64,000 nt of DNA from positions 8,246,001 to 8,310,000 of the forward strand of contig CM102289.1 of assembly GCA_046563655.1 (NCBI GenBank), given 5' to 3'. Positions within the stretch are counted from its first letter, which is position 1. Each line of letters begins with the position of its first letter. Positions 14,001-25,818 of the stretch are shown piece by piece. A model generated the notes under the pieces. It was not told where the DNA came from. It saw nothing but the letters and a program-made list of their open reading frames with translations, and did no database searches. The DNA is from Yuukianura sp. NJ FZ-2021 (taxonomy: Eukaryota). A program made the position numbers and the translations under genes.

Positions 14001-14738
14001 ATATGAAGAGGACATTGAGCGCTACAAAAGACAAGTCATTGCCGCTGAAGCTGAATTCGAAAGGCTAAAGGAAATGGGTTTGAGAGAAAGATCTCAGCTG
14101 AAGCTACTTGTAAGTACTTTTGATAACGTCTATAATAATTTATTATTGTGCAGAACCTAGTTTCGACATTGAAGTTTCGGAACTTCAAAAAAAATTTCAG
14201 GTTGGAGCAAGAGAGCAAGAAAAACATGAAGCATTGAAGGTAATTCACAAACTGCAAACTGATTTGGATCTGCAAAGGCAGGAGATTGAAAAGCTAGAGG
14301 AATCGCTTAGATCTTCCACTGACCGGTACTTTCTACTATGACTTAGGAAATGTACAATTTCAATGTAGTTGCATTAACTTTTTTTGCGATTTAACAGAAA
14401 CGAACAATTGGCACAGGAAGTTAAAGAGTCAGATACTAAAGTCGAGGATGGATATCATGAAGTGAGGGAAAAGAAGGTCAAGATGATTGCCGAACATGTC
14501 GTATGTTTTCAGAAGTTTCTTAACCTTTTATAGGCTAACCTTATGGAAATAGGTGATAATTTCATTCTATTTTTCCCAGGAGACTATTAAGAGCATATCG
14601 AAAGAACATAAAGATCGACACGAGGCGGAGAGGAAGAAGATTTGGGAAGGAGTAGTGCCAACGGTAGGAGCTACTTCTACTACTGTCATTGTCCCTGCAC
14701 CGGAACAACCTGATAGTACTGGAGAAGGAATCGCATAA
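11023..14738 (+). CDS. NDC80: Divergent kinetochore protein Ndc80/Hec1-like; many exons, one GC-AG intron
   Basis: Basic S/T-rich disordered N-tail. Then a CH-domain-like block (ILDLLGDFEYPNRMSVSEFNAISGATYFSICEFVLQPI..KVEE..LMQFPGTLNKYSFKSINLPQGRPAAITLLFWLA) that parallels the Ndc80 pattern YP..LSKS....G.PH.WP....AL.WL. Then a long coiled coil containing QQPVSVQGLEAISRE (compare Ndc80 Q..S..D.ERI..E). Confidence 0.75.
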
Positions 14739-15253
14739 AACGGAACTCAATTGATGGGGAACTAAGGCTGATGTATTTTTCTACACTTTTCAGTGATTAA
14801 TACCGCTTAAGCTAATTGATACAGACGAAAAACAGGCAATAATGTAGGATAACTTTCTGGTCCAACAAATATGGCTTTCAGAATAGCCGTATGAATGATA
14901 AACTTAGGATTAATCCCAATAGCTAAGGTTAAACATTGGTTAGGAGAATTGTCAAATACAATTTTCTTATTAATGATAATTGTAATGATACAAATAAATT
15001 GAATTGACGCTTAAATTACTCGCAGTGCTATGAAAGTGATTTCTGTGCGTATCACGGTATTAGTCCACACTAAATTCACAGAGTTGAAGGGCTAAGAATC
15101 GGGCAACGAGGCCCGGGAAAACAATTCTCGCGTCTACCGTTCCTGTATTGTTTACTTCGTTATAAATCACATCAGTTATAAAAATCAATGTGTTCAACCC
15201 CCTAAATGTCCGATTAATCAAAAATCTTATAGCAATCAGTAGTTATTGGAACT

Positions 15254-16166
15254 ATGGAACCTACCAGCATGGATTCTGATCAACATAGAACACCCAGTAC
15301 TAAAAACGGTAAAGATTCAAAGCCAAGAATCAAAACATTGGTCCTAACGTTTCTATTACGTTGTACTTATATCAGGTCAGGGCAACATTCGCGTCAACCC
15401 TTTCGAAAAGCACTTGCTCGACCAATTACACAAGTCTGTCTGGAGTCCCACTGTGTTCAGTACGTCAACACCTAAGGAGACACCACCAGAAGTCGGGGTT
15501 AGATTTTAAAACAAAGACAATCCTAAAATCTACAAATTACGACTGGTTTACAATGTTATTGCAGCAAAGCTGGAACGTGGACCAAATATCCTTACTGAAT
15601 CCAAGCAGAATTGAGGAATCTCCGTCTACTCATCAGGACGAAGTACTTCTAACCCCTCAAACTGAAGCAAAAGCTCAACGTGCAATCTCAAAGTAGGACA
15701 GGACTACGGTATTCATAGCGTTAACGCTAGGTTACATGAATGCTTAAAATTATCAATTGAAGTACTCATGCAGTTGATTTCGGTTTCCAGATTCTTTTCT
15801 CAAAACATCGTGCCATCTCCATCACCAAAAATTTGTCTCCTTGATGATGATGACGATGGAACGGAACACGAAACTCCAATGACCCCAGTCGGCGGTGAAG
15901 TCTGTGCTGTCGATGGAGACTGTTTCAGTTTACTCAAAGCGAGCTTACGTAGAAGAAAGTTGAACTTCACGTTGAGTCCTACCATGTCAACTGGAAATGA
16001 CACTGAAGATGAACAAATGGACTTCATGGACATGTCGGTTCCTTCAGGAGAAGTTTTACATAGTCCTGGATTTGAAGATGGAGATTCCATCTGCCCTAGA
16101 CAAGTTCGGGTTCAAGCGGGACTGGAGTCTCCTAACCTCACACCGATTAGACTAAACAACCCATAA
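15254..16166 (+). CDS. bora: Protein aurora borealis (Bora)-like Aurora A activator, short form; about 4 exons
   Basis: The spliced product contains VNPFEKHLLDQLHKSVWSPTVF, WNVDQISLLNPSRIE and EAKAQRAISKFFSQNIVPSP, the three conserved Bora N-terminal motifs, plus SP/TP CDK sites. Confidence 0.85.
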
Positions 16167-16554
16167 CTTTAATCTCAATTTGAACTGAATCTACTTTAAC
16201 TGAGTCGGGAGGACCATAACTATTTTTTATTTAAAATTTATCGTTGATCATTATTTTACACATACATATCAGCAAAGGAATGATCAACTGAAGTTATTCT
16301 TTGCATGCCATGGTTAAACTAATCAGTAAAACGCAAGGTTAATATATGAATACGAAATCGTATGCTGACGTTAAGTTATGGATACAATTTAAACCTCCAA
16401 TTCCGGAACTTTTTTTTCTGGATAGCCAACGTAAAACTCAAACTTTTTGGAGAAATCCTAATCCTAACTTGGACGAAATCAACAGCGCGGTCAGTAGTTC
16501 CTGCCAATCAGAGCGCGTTGCGAAATTGGAGATTCTACTGTACTGTGTCCCAGT

Positions 16555-17720
16555 TTATTCAGTTGATTTCTTTTTCCTAGTGTATCCAGTAACAAATGGA
16601 ATCCCTGTTCTAGGTACACACTCTTGGTAGCGCACGTAATCTTGCCCGAAGAATGAGTATAACGTGGCCTCTTCATAGGTGATACGGTAACAAAAGAAGT
16701 TCCAGCTTGCCAAAGTATAGCCAATGGCGCAAATTGGATTCATCAGTAAGATCTGGACGAATAAGATGTCCGTATTCAGTCAAAAACTTTCAAGCTATTG
16801 ATAACCTGTGATGGATACTGGACTACTAACCTGTGTACCGACAGACCACCAGAACCATCCCGCGTACGACGGATGTCGGCATATCCTAAATACTCCATTA
16901 GTGATAAGTTTGTGACCTTCGACATATTCCGTGCGAATAATGTGAGTGAAGTTCTCCATGGCAGTAATCATCGCAACTTTACGAAGAATCTCTCCAGAAA
17001 TGCATAGTATCAACCCCGAGATCAGGACAAAATGGACTCTCTTGATCGCTATGAAAAGCAAAAAACATGGATCACCCGAATCAAATGTGCTGGAAAGTTT
17101 AGTTGGTTTATAACAAACCTGGAAAAAAGTACAACTCCACGCCGAATTCAATCCAACTCGCTAGAGCTGCGATGGTATAGGCTGTACTGTGGTTAATCAG
17201 AAATGAATCGGTTGATAACGTTGTAGGACTTGTAATTGCAGTGGCTAGGTATTCTGAATAGTGGAAGAAACTCAACGTGCACAAGTAAAGGCCAAAGGGC
17301 GATTCCCACCATTTGTTATACTTGATCAATATGAGTCCAACAGAGAAAATCAAACCCAGGAATGATGAGAGGAAAAGAACCTAACAAACACAAAATCAAT
17401 TAACAAAAATACTTTTTAACACCAAAAATTCTACGGTTATGTTAGTGTTTACTTACACCAGTGAAGTCATCCTGGCTTCTTTTGTCACTAGGCTTCTTCC
17501 GAGTTCGAGCATCACTCCAGGAACGGAATTTGGCCAAGATAAGGACGAACAGCACAATGACGACACCAAATATAACCAAACTCACAAAACTTTTATAAAC
17601 TGGCTCTATTTCATTTTGTCCAAGGGTCACGAGGTCGTAGAACTCCACCGTAGCAGCAAAAGCATACCCACACAGACCCAAAAAGAAACCAAAAATACTG
17701 ACCTTACCGTTTCGGTGCAT
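16555..17720 (-). CDS. ICMT: Isoprenylcysteine carboxyl methyltransferase (ICMT/Ste14), 4 exons
   Basis: LSFFHYSEYL; SFLINHS.AYTIAALASWIEF; GEILRKVAMITA..NFTH; HKLITNGVFRICRHPSYAGWFWWSVGTQ; NPIC; RITYEEATLYSFFGQDY..YQ..VPRTGIPF. Confidence 0.96.
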
Positions 17721-18700
17721 CGTAGACTACGGAGAGGCACAGTTATGTTCTGGAGAAGTAGCAACGATGGTAGTAATGGTACTAAGCGTACGTCTTGTGT
17801 GGTACTTCAGGTTCAGGAAGTACAAACATCATCCAACTTTAATTCGACCAAGATTGATGATGATGATCTTTAACCACTGCTACACCGCAGCGGCAGCAAT
17901 ACATATTCCTTATCCTTGCGTTGACTAGGAATCCACGAGCACTGATTGTGATGGTGACTGGTGCAGATATGACAAGAGCGAACAAGAGAAGACGATTACT
18001 GGATTCACTAATTGTTATACTTAATTGGCATACAAAGTTTGTTAGATTAATCAATCGATGAACGAAACAAATTAGTAACAGTGGTAAAACGGTCAGCTGT
18101 TTTGTGAAATTTTGTTTGTGGCAAATGCTGCTTCGTCTGTCAGTATCTCAGGATTAGTGGACGCTAATTACGGTAAAAACAGCTGAGTCGTTTTTCCGCG
18201 TAAGTTCAAAAAGAAAAACAAATGTAAAAATCTTACGGAATGGCAATTGCAATTGCAATTGCCTATCATGGCAAAATTACAAATCAAGAAAAAGTTTGCA
18301 ATTGCAATTGCTCTTGGCGCCAAAAATCAAATTCGCAATTTTCGGTATTTTGTTTTTTTAGCATCGGACAAACACGATTCTTTGCCTCTAATTGATCAAT
18401 TGATATTCATTCATTTCGTTTCTCATCAATCGAACTACAAAAACACAACAAATTAACTTTAACTGAAGTGAAGTAACGGCCTTAGTAGTTAATTTCTGAT
18501 TCCGGTTGATTCCGGGTTGGTATTTATTGCTTGGCTAACATTTTTGGTGTTTTGTTCACGCATCAAATTTAAAAATTTGTGTCGGGCTCTTTTCGGTAAC
18601 TTCGAAAACCGGATAAGATTGTACAAACGTTTTATGTTGAAAGGCAGCTGGACTCAAGCAAGTAATTTCAATTGAATTTTACAGCTAGCCGAGGGAGAAG

Positions 18701-19809
18701 ATGGTCAAATTAACTCCAGAGTTGATCCAGAACGCGTTCCAGCACATCAATCCCGTCAGGGACCGGGAACTGGATTTGCGAGGATACAAGATTTCAGTTT
18801 TAGAGAACTTGGGAGCCACATTGGTAAGTTAAAAAAAACTTCTTATACTTAACTTGCTTGAAGTGGATTTGAAATGTTATTTTCCTAACCTAGAACCAGT
18901 TTGACACGCTTGATCTTTCTGATAACGACATCCGTAAAGTTGATAACTTCCCGTTACTGCCCAGATTGAAAACACTGCTATTCAATTCGAACCGAATATT
19001 GTGAGTCCATGGCATAACCAAATATTTTTATTCCTAGAACAATATCATTGTATTTCCTTGATTACAGCCGTGTAAGTGAAACGCTAAATGAGGCCCTTCC
19101 GAATTTGCAGACGCTCATTCTCACAAACAACATGGTCCAAGAACTCGGAGAAATTGATAACTTGGTCAAATTGTCCAACTTGAGAACCCTCAGCCTTCTG
19201 TTCAACCCCGTGGCGACTAAGGAACACTACAGATCATACGTTGTGTACAAGCTGCCACAACTGAAATTGTTGGATTTCAAGAAGATCAAAATGAAAGTAA
19301 GTAAACCGGTGTGACAGTGTTGTTATCTTTTCCTTTCTCATGTCTTTTTCAATTAATTTCACTTTCTAGGAACAAGAAGAAGCCAAGGCCCTGTTCAAAT
19401 CGAAAGAAGGGAAGGAAATCCGAAAGCAGATTGCAAAGGACGTAGGAGCAACTGAGGATGAAGATGTTGTAGCGCCGAAGCGAGGTGAGTAGAAGCGGAT
19501 ATTTATAATTCGGAAAACATTAAAATAGAAGTACACGCTTAATATTTTATTTGAAACAAGCTAATAATGTATCTAATGTTGAAATTATATCAGTTATTCA
19601 AACAAGTGCCGAAGCAGCGGCCATACGCAAGGCAATTGCCAACGCCACCAACTTGCAAGAAATTGAACGGCTCAACCAAATCCTCTTGAGTGGAAAAATT
19701 AATGGCATCGGAGGCAAGTTTTAGTTTTATTTTGCAATATTTTTCTGTAAGTTGAAAACTGATATTGTGTTTTTTCCTTTCAGTTGAAGAGGAAGAAATG
19801 GAGTCCTAG
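18701..19809 (+). CDS. SNRPA1: U2 snRNP protein A'; 6 exons, last intron probably GC-AG
   Basis: MVKLTPELIQNAFQHINPVRDRELDLRGYKISVLENLGATL; leucine-rich repeats; NPVATKEHYRSYVVYKLPQLKLLDFKKIK; IRKAIANATNLQEIERLNQIL.SG. Confidence 0.96.
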
Positions 19810-20189
19810 GCCTCCTACATGTCCAGTATGATACTGGCAGTATCCATCTTGACTTTGACTAAACCCACGGTTTTGTATCTTATGTTCTTTTAAAGTTAAT
19901 TTAAATTGTATACTAATTATAAAGACTTATTAAATTCGAAGGTCTTTGCTTCGATTACTGGAGTACATTATATGTTTTAGGGATTTGTTGCGTGTTAAAT
20001 CATTTCGTTTCTGTCACCACAGGTGACGAGTTGTCTGGTCGCTGTCACCTCTGTATTCTTTTGTCTTAATTGTAACTTTGTTCATGATGACGAGTGACAC
20101 ACATTTCCTGAATTCTGACACCTTTCTGGCAATATAAGCCTGAAATTCTACCGAACTTCAGCTACTACTAATGCAAATCGTTTTAGAAA

Positions 20190-22562
20190 ATGCAAATGGG
20201 TGACACAATTCCTGGGCCTTTAGACTTAGGTTCTCCAAACCTTTTGACGCTTGCAGCGACTTGGCCATCACTCTTGACCTTCATTGCGTTAGGAACATTT
20301 TCTAACTTCTTTGTCTCTTACAACACTCTTGACGTGTTACAGGATCATGTCAAAGCCATCTTCACAGATTCAGAAGACGTCTTTGATTACATTATCGGTA
20401 TGAACATTACTTTTTTGTTGTTAGAATTATTTTGAAAAGTAGTAAGTACTGACAGTATTTTTGACTTTTCATAGTTGGGGCTGGTTCTGCCGGGTCAGTT
20501 ATGGCAAGTCGCCTAACCGAAAATGGAAAATTTACGGTACTTGTTCTTGAAGCCGGTGGAGAGCCTAATCCATACCAGCACATTCCAGGACTTTGCTTAT
20601 TTTTGCTTAATCGTCCATACATCGATTGGCAGTACAAAACGAAATCTCAGGACAAAGCTTGTTTGGCAATGAAAAATCAAGTAAGGTCGTAATTAAAAAC
20701 ATTAGAATTACGATTGAATTTGGACAATTAAGGAAAAGTTGTAAAAGTGTGAAAAACTTGTCGCAGCAATGCTATTGGCCTCGTGGAAAAGGGTTGGGTG
20801 GCAGCAGTCTGCTGAATTTCATGGTTTACATGCGAGGACATCCGATGGACTTTGACAATTGGGCAAAAGTGACTGGAGATCAACGATGGAGTTACAATGA
20901 AGTTCTGAAATTTTTCAAAAAATCGGAAGATTATTCTGGGCAATTTTTCGAAGGTATGTTCAGAAAAACTGTTAAAATCTCCAGTTGAATTTCATTAAAA
21001 ATTTTTTTCTAGAACGATTCCATGCCAAACACGGACCACTAAAAGTTTCTCAAGCTCCGTTCTATCAAACTGGCGGACTTGGACAAATATTTGTCGATGC
21101 GGCGAATGACCTTGGATACCCTATCTGTGACCTCAACGGAAACTGGAGCGAAGGTTAACAAAGTTATACTTACTACATTTTCAAAATGTCATTCCAAAAT
21201 TTCGTTTTTTTAGGATTCTCTCCAGTTTTCTCTACGCAACAAAACGGGTTACGCTGGAGTACCAAACGGGCATTTTTGGATCCAGCTTCCGGACGTCGAA
21301 ATCTTTTCATTTACAAGTTCGCACATGCAACCAAGGTTAGAACTTTGAAATTCGTATCTAGTTTCATATTTTTTCCGAATTTTTTCAATTTTAATACTTT
21401 TTCATACTTTTGTCTGCTTTTCAGATTCTTTTCCGGGGTATGGACAACGAAGCTTACGCTGTGGAGTATTTGCGTCATGGAGTCCGACGCATCGCGCATG
21501 CGTCAAAAGAAATAATCATTTCATCTGGTGCTATGAACTCCCCACATTTGCTCATGCTCTCTGGGCTTGGACGAAGAGAACATCTCCAAAAATTTGGCGT
21601 ACGTTCTCAAAAACGTTATGTTCTCCAAAAATTTTGAATTCTTATACAGTTTTCACTTGCTGCAGATTCAAACCATTTCGGACTTGCCAGTAGGATACAA
21701 CCTCCAAGATCACATTTCAACCGGTGTTGGTCCATTTCTCATCAACGAAAGCATTTCAACCATCTTTGACCGCGACATTAACGCCGACGCGATTGCACAG
21801 TTTGCCACGTCCGGAACCGGAGTACTCTCCGCAGCAGCATTTCCAGCATCCGGATTCTCAGTTTCACCCAAAGCAAAACTTCGGAATGGAACAAACTGGC
21901 CGGACATCCAGTACTTACTATTCACTTACGGAGTTCACTCTTCAGTTGTAGAGGACTATGTCACGGCATTTAACATGAGAGAAGATGTTACCCGGGAATA
22001 CTTCGGACCACTTCAAGGCAAAGATTCGTTTCAAATTATTGTCAGTGTTGGTCGTCCAAGAAGTCGCGGTAGGATTATGCTGGCCAGTGCTGATCCTCTA
22101 GTCCCGCCCACAATTGATCCCAACTACTTCAACCAGGAGGAAGATCTGGAAGTACTTTTACATGGAATCAAAACTGTGCTAAAGTTGGTCCAGACAAGGT
22201 CATTCCAGAAGGTCAATGCGACATTGACCAATTTAAAATTCCCGGGTTGCGATGCTTATAAACTCGGAAGCGACGAATACTGGAAGTGTTTTGTGAAATC
22301 ATACTCACTTACGATGTATCATCCGGCAGGTACTTGCGCAATGGGAGAAGCACAATCAGCTGATGCTGTTGTAGATTCTGAGCTGAGAGTACGCGGAACC
22401 AAGAATTTGCGGGTTGTTGATGCGTCTGTGATGCCTACAATTCCTGTCGGAAATTTAAATGCTCCAACGATAATGCTGGCTGAACGGGCAGCACAATTTA
22501 TTTTAGACGATTTACAGGAACTTGAAAACGAAAAAATTAAGAAATTCTTTCTGAAATTTTGA
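20190..22562 (+). CDS. GMC oxidoreductase (glucose dehydrogenase [FAD]-like), multi-exon
   Basis: FDYIIVGAGSAGSV FAD motif; VLVLEAGG; WPRGKGLGGSSLLNFMVYMRG; LPVGYNLQDH; TMYHPAGTC (catalytic His); LRVVDASVMP..GNLNAPTIMLAERAA. Confidence 0.95.
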
Positions 22563-22719
22563 ATTTTTATTTTGGGGGGAATCTCAAATAGGAACATTAA
22601 AAACCTAATTATGATGGGTTTATTGTATTATCTAAAACGATATGTTCGATGTAGGATTCAAAGACGTTTTGACGTCAAAACGTCAAAATTGACGTTTGAA
22701 TTTAATTGACGTTTTGTGT

Positions 22720-24168
22720 TTAGTAGTTTGGGGGATGGTAGTGTTGAGCTTGACCTGGTAGAGGTGCGCCATGCTGCGGCTGAGCTACGAATCCCATCGA
22801 CCCGCCGGCAGGAGCTGTAGGGTAATGCTGGGCGGGTTGTCCCGGGTACTGCTGAGGTTGGCCGTAGTATGGCTGTGGTTGTGCTGGCTGACCTGGATAG
22901 TGCTGAGGTTGTGCTGGCTGACCTGGATAGTGCTGAGGTTGTGCTGGCTGACCTGGATAGTGCTGCGGTTGTGCTGGCTGACCTGGATAATGTTGCGGTT
23001 GACCCGGATAGGGCTGCGGTTGACCTGGGTAATACTGTGGCTGTGCCGGACTTCCTGGGTAATGTTGTGGCTGTGCTGGGTACCCTTGGCCATACGGAGC
23101 ATATGGTGCAGCCGTTTTGAGCGCTGGTCCGAGCTTCTTCAGCTCCATCTACAAAGATCAATGACCTTGAATAATTATATTTCCCGGGCTTTTTAAACTT
23201 AAACTTTCGTTTCTTACGTAAGAAAGCAGGAGTCCAATGACATTGACCCTCTCTGGCATGGACATGGCGGTGGCTTGGTTGAACCGAAGATGCAATCCGC
23301 TTGATAAGCTTCCCGTGACCTCTCCGACCTCTTTCTTCTTGTTTTTCTTATCCTTATCCTTGTGATCTTTATCTTTCTTATCTTTGTCCTTCTTATCCTT
23401 CTTATCTTTATGCAGGTTGAGCAGATCCGTTGGTATCATGGATCCCAGCGATCCCGGCAATTTGATGCCAGTCGCAGCAAACTTGATGCTCATCTAAAGA
23501 TCAAAAATCGAATTTTGAGTATTGCTTAATTCATTTCCAAATTTTTGAAAAAGTTTGGAAAATCTTACTTCCAGCCTTCCATCTTTCTTGCTGCCCTTCC
23601 CACCCATTGTTAGCAGTGGATGATTCATTGGGTCGTTCAAAACGAATAGACGTTTCTTGTCTTTGTTTCCATGTTTTTCCTTCTTGTGTGCCTTAATGTC
23701 CTTCGATGCAACTGAAACCGATCCAATGGGTTGTCCAGAAGGATTTTGAAGTTGGACAGCCTGAAAAACAGCAAAGAGTTTTTGATTTTGAAAACGTAGA
23801 AAGCGGTAGTATTCAAATTTTTGGAATGTACCGGGGTGCCAGCTTGCGACAACCTCAAAACGTCCAACTGTCCAGCATCTTTGACCACAAGTGAAGTTTG
23901 TGGCTGACCATGACTCATGTCAAATACCCACAAAACTGGATGTCCATTTTGGTCCTTGATGGTGTACCGGGTTCCATCAGTTCCCTGACCTTTTCAAAAA
24001 GTGAATTTCAAAAAATGAATTTCGAAAATTAACAGGTACATAAGCATAGCGAGCAAAATTGAAAACTGTTTTACCTGGTTGAACAGAGAATGAATTTGAT
24101 TGAAGTAGACTTGACCCGGCTTGACCTCCTGGAAATCCGTGCGGAACGTTGGGATATGCTGGATTCAT
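22720..24168 (-). CDS. Possible scramblase/tubby-like beta-barrel protein with a Lys/Asp-rich insert and a C-terminal [10 protein letters not shown] repeat tail; about 5 exons
   Basis: In-frame splicing gives repeated strand motifs ([55 protein letters not shown]). A terminal LHLRF...[12 protein letters not shown] helix is typical of scramblase/LURP folds. The gene is well supported; the family call is tentative. Confidence 0.6.
22877..22996 (-). repeat. Coding 30-bp tandem repeat, 4 near-identical copies, with degenerate flanking copies
   Basis: GGTTGTGCTGGCTGACCTGGATAGTGCTG(A/C) repeated on the + strand; encodes [10 protein letters not shown] on the - strand. Confidence 0.95.
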
Positions 24169-24953
24169 TTTAAAATTTAGTGAATTTTAGTTATGCAAAA
24201 GTGTCAAACTTCAGAATGCTTCAAAACTCACTTCATGAACACTTGATTTTGTTTTTTGACAAAATGTTATCTGAGCCTATCCCTTGACTACCTTTGTACT
24301 TTGCAAAAATTTGAGATATGATAAACAATCCAGTTCCGAAATTGCGAAAATTTATATTCCAAGGTTTATAGCCTATGCGCCAAAAGTTTTACTTTCTGCC
24401 ATCCGTTTTACTATATCTCATCAGAATACACGTCAAGTGCTGTAAAAAAAAAGGAAATGACGAATGTAGGCGTGCAAAAAAATTAACCTTGCCATGACTC
24501 ACTCATGTGTCACTACTTAAGTTAGTGGAATTATTATCTATTTTCAAAAATTTTTGAGAGATTTTGTTAAAACAGAAAAGAAAATTTTAGAGTTTGACGC
24601 TGCGTTTGTCCAAAATTTTTTGTTGTAATAAAATCTGCATGTATCTTTCTATTTTTCGTGATATTTAACAGTTAAAGAGATGCTTAGGGCTAAAACAATG
24701 ATTTTTCCTGTCTACTTTCTAAAGTTTTAAGTGGATCGTTCAGACTTGTTTTTTGTATGCTGAATGAAAAAGTCAAAACATTTAGCTGATGGATTTGTCT
24801 GATTTGAAACGCACATGTTTTGAAACACCAAATTTTATTTTTTGAAGATTTTGACATGGTTTTTCCAATTTTCGATTGGACAAAATTTATTACAACTCCA
24901 GTTCAACGAACAACGGCAACCAATTTGTCAATTTTGAGCTTTTGATGTCAGTT

Positions 24954-25818
24954 TTAGGTAACACAAATCTGGAAATAAAAAAAATCACTGAACTGCATGA
25001 TTCTATTTTACATAAGTTTGTACTTTTTACTTTACTATTTAAAACTTACGTCAAAGAAGACATCATGGACGCACTGTCCAACGTCCATAAAACTCATACA
25101 TTTCGGATCATTGTCCATTTTCACTTTGTCTCCTACAATTATGAAACGTTTGATTTAAATTATTATTTATTCATATAATTATTTTTATAATATCATAATT
25201 TTTGTACCGTGGTCTTTGATGCACTTGTCAACTCCGTCTATGATTGCTTTCCTTACAGAAGCTGGCATTGCTGCTTCAACGTATGCCAACGCTTTTTGGT
25301 GATTAATTTTTCCATCTGGCGTAAGCTGTATTGTAATTAAATTTTTTGAAATTTTCAGAAATTGACATCTTGATTTAAATTTTAAATTTTTAATTTTAGA
25401 ATACTCACCATGTCCTTTTTCTCCATAATACAAACTCCAAGGCACTGCAAATTTTTGGAAAAGGATTTTTTTTAAGAGAAACGCTTAAAATTTTAATATA
25501 TTAGCAATTCTATGAACAAGAATTTTCAAAATTTCTTACCGCTAATTTTTCAGCAGGTATTTTCCAAATGGACTTGATTCCAATAGAATCCATGCATTCA
25601 GTAATTTGAGCCTTCTGATGTTCATTCAAGTTAAGTGGTTGACCCTGACATGTCGTCTCTTCTTGTGCAAAAATCTTAAACAAAAAAAAGCATACAAAAC
25701 TGAAAAGCGGTCGTAAGAAAAACGCTGAAATTAGTTATGGCAAGCTACTCACTTTAGGTGTTATGCAGAGAAAAACCAGCAGAATCAATTCTGGTGACGA
25801 ACTTTTGGAAAATTTCAT
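24954..25818 (-). CDS. Odorant-binding-protein-like small secreted Cys-rich protein; 6 short exons, largely missed by the ORF track
   Basis: Reconstructed product: MKFSKSSSPELILLVFLCITPK|IFAQEETTCQG..QITECMDSIG..EKLA|CLGVCIMEKKDM|LTPDGKINHQKALAY..IIDGVDKCIKDH|GDKVKMDNDPKCMSFMDVGQCVHDVFFD|ICVT. It shows the OBP cysteine spacing (CxxxC; C-x8-C) and the DG.IN motif. Confidence 0.8.

Noticed and set aside
22658..23196. Several overlapping ORFs in alternative frames ([18 protein letters not shown] and [10 protein letters not shown] repeats)
   Set aside because: These are shadows of the 30-bp coding repeat. Only the [10 protein letters not shown] frame splices to the upstream exons.
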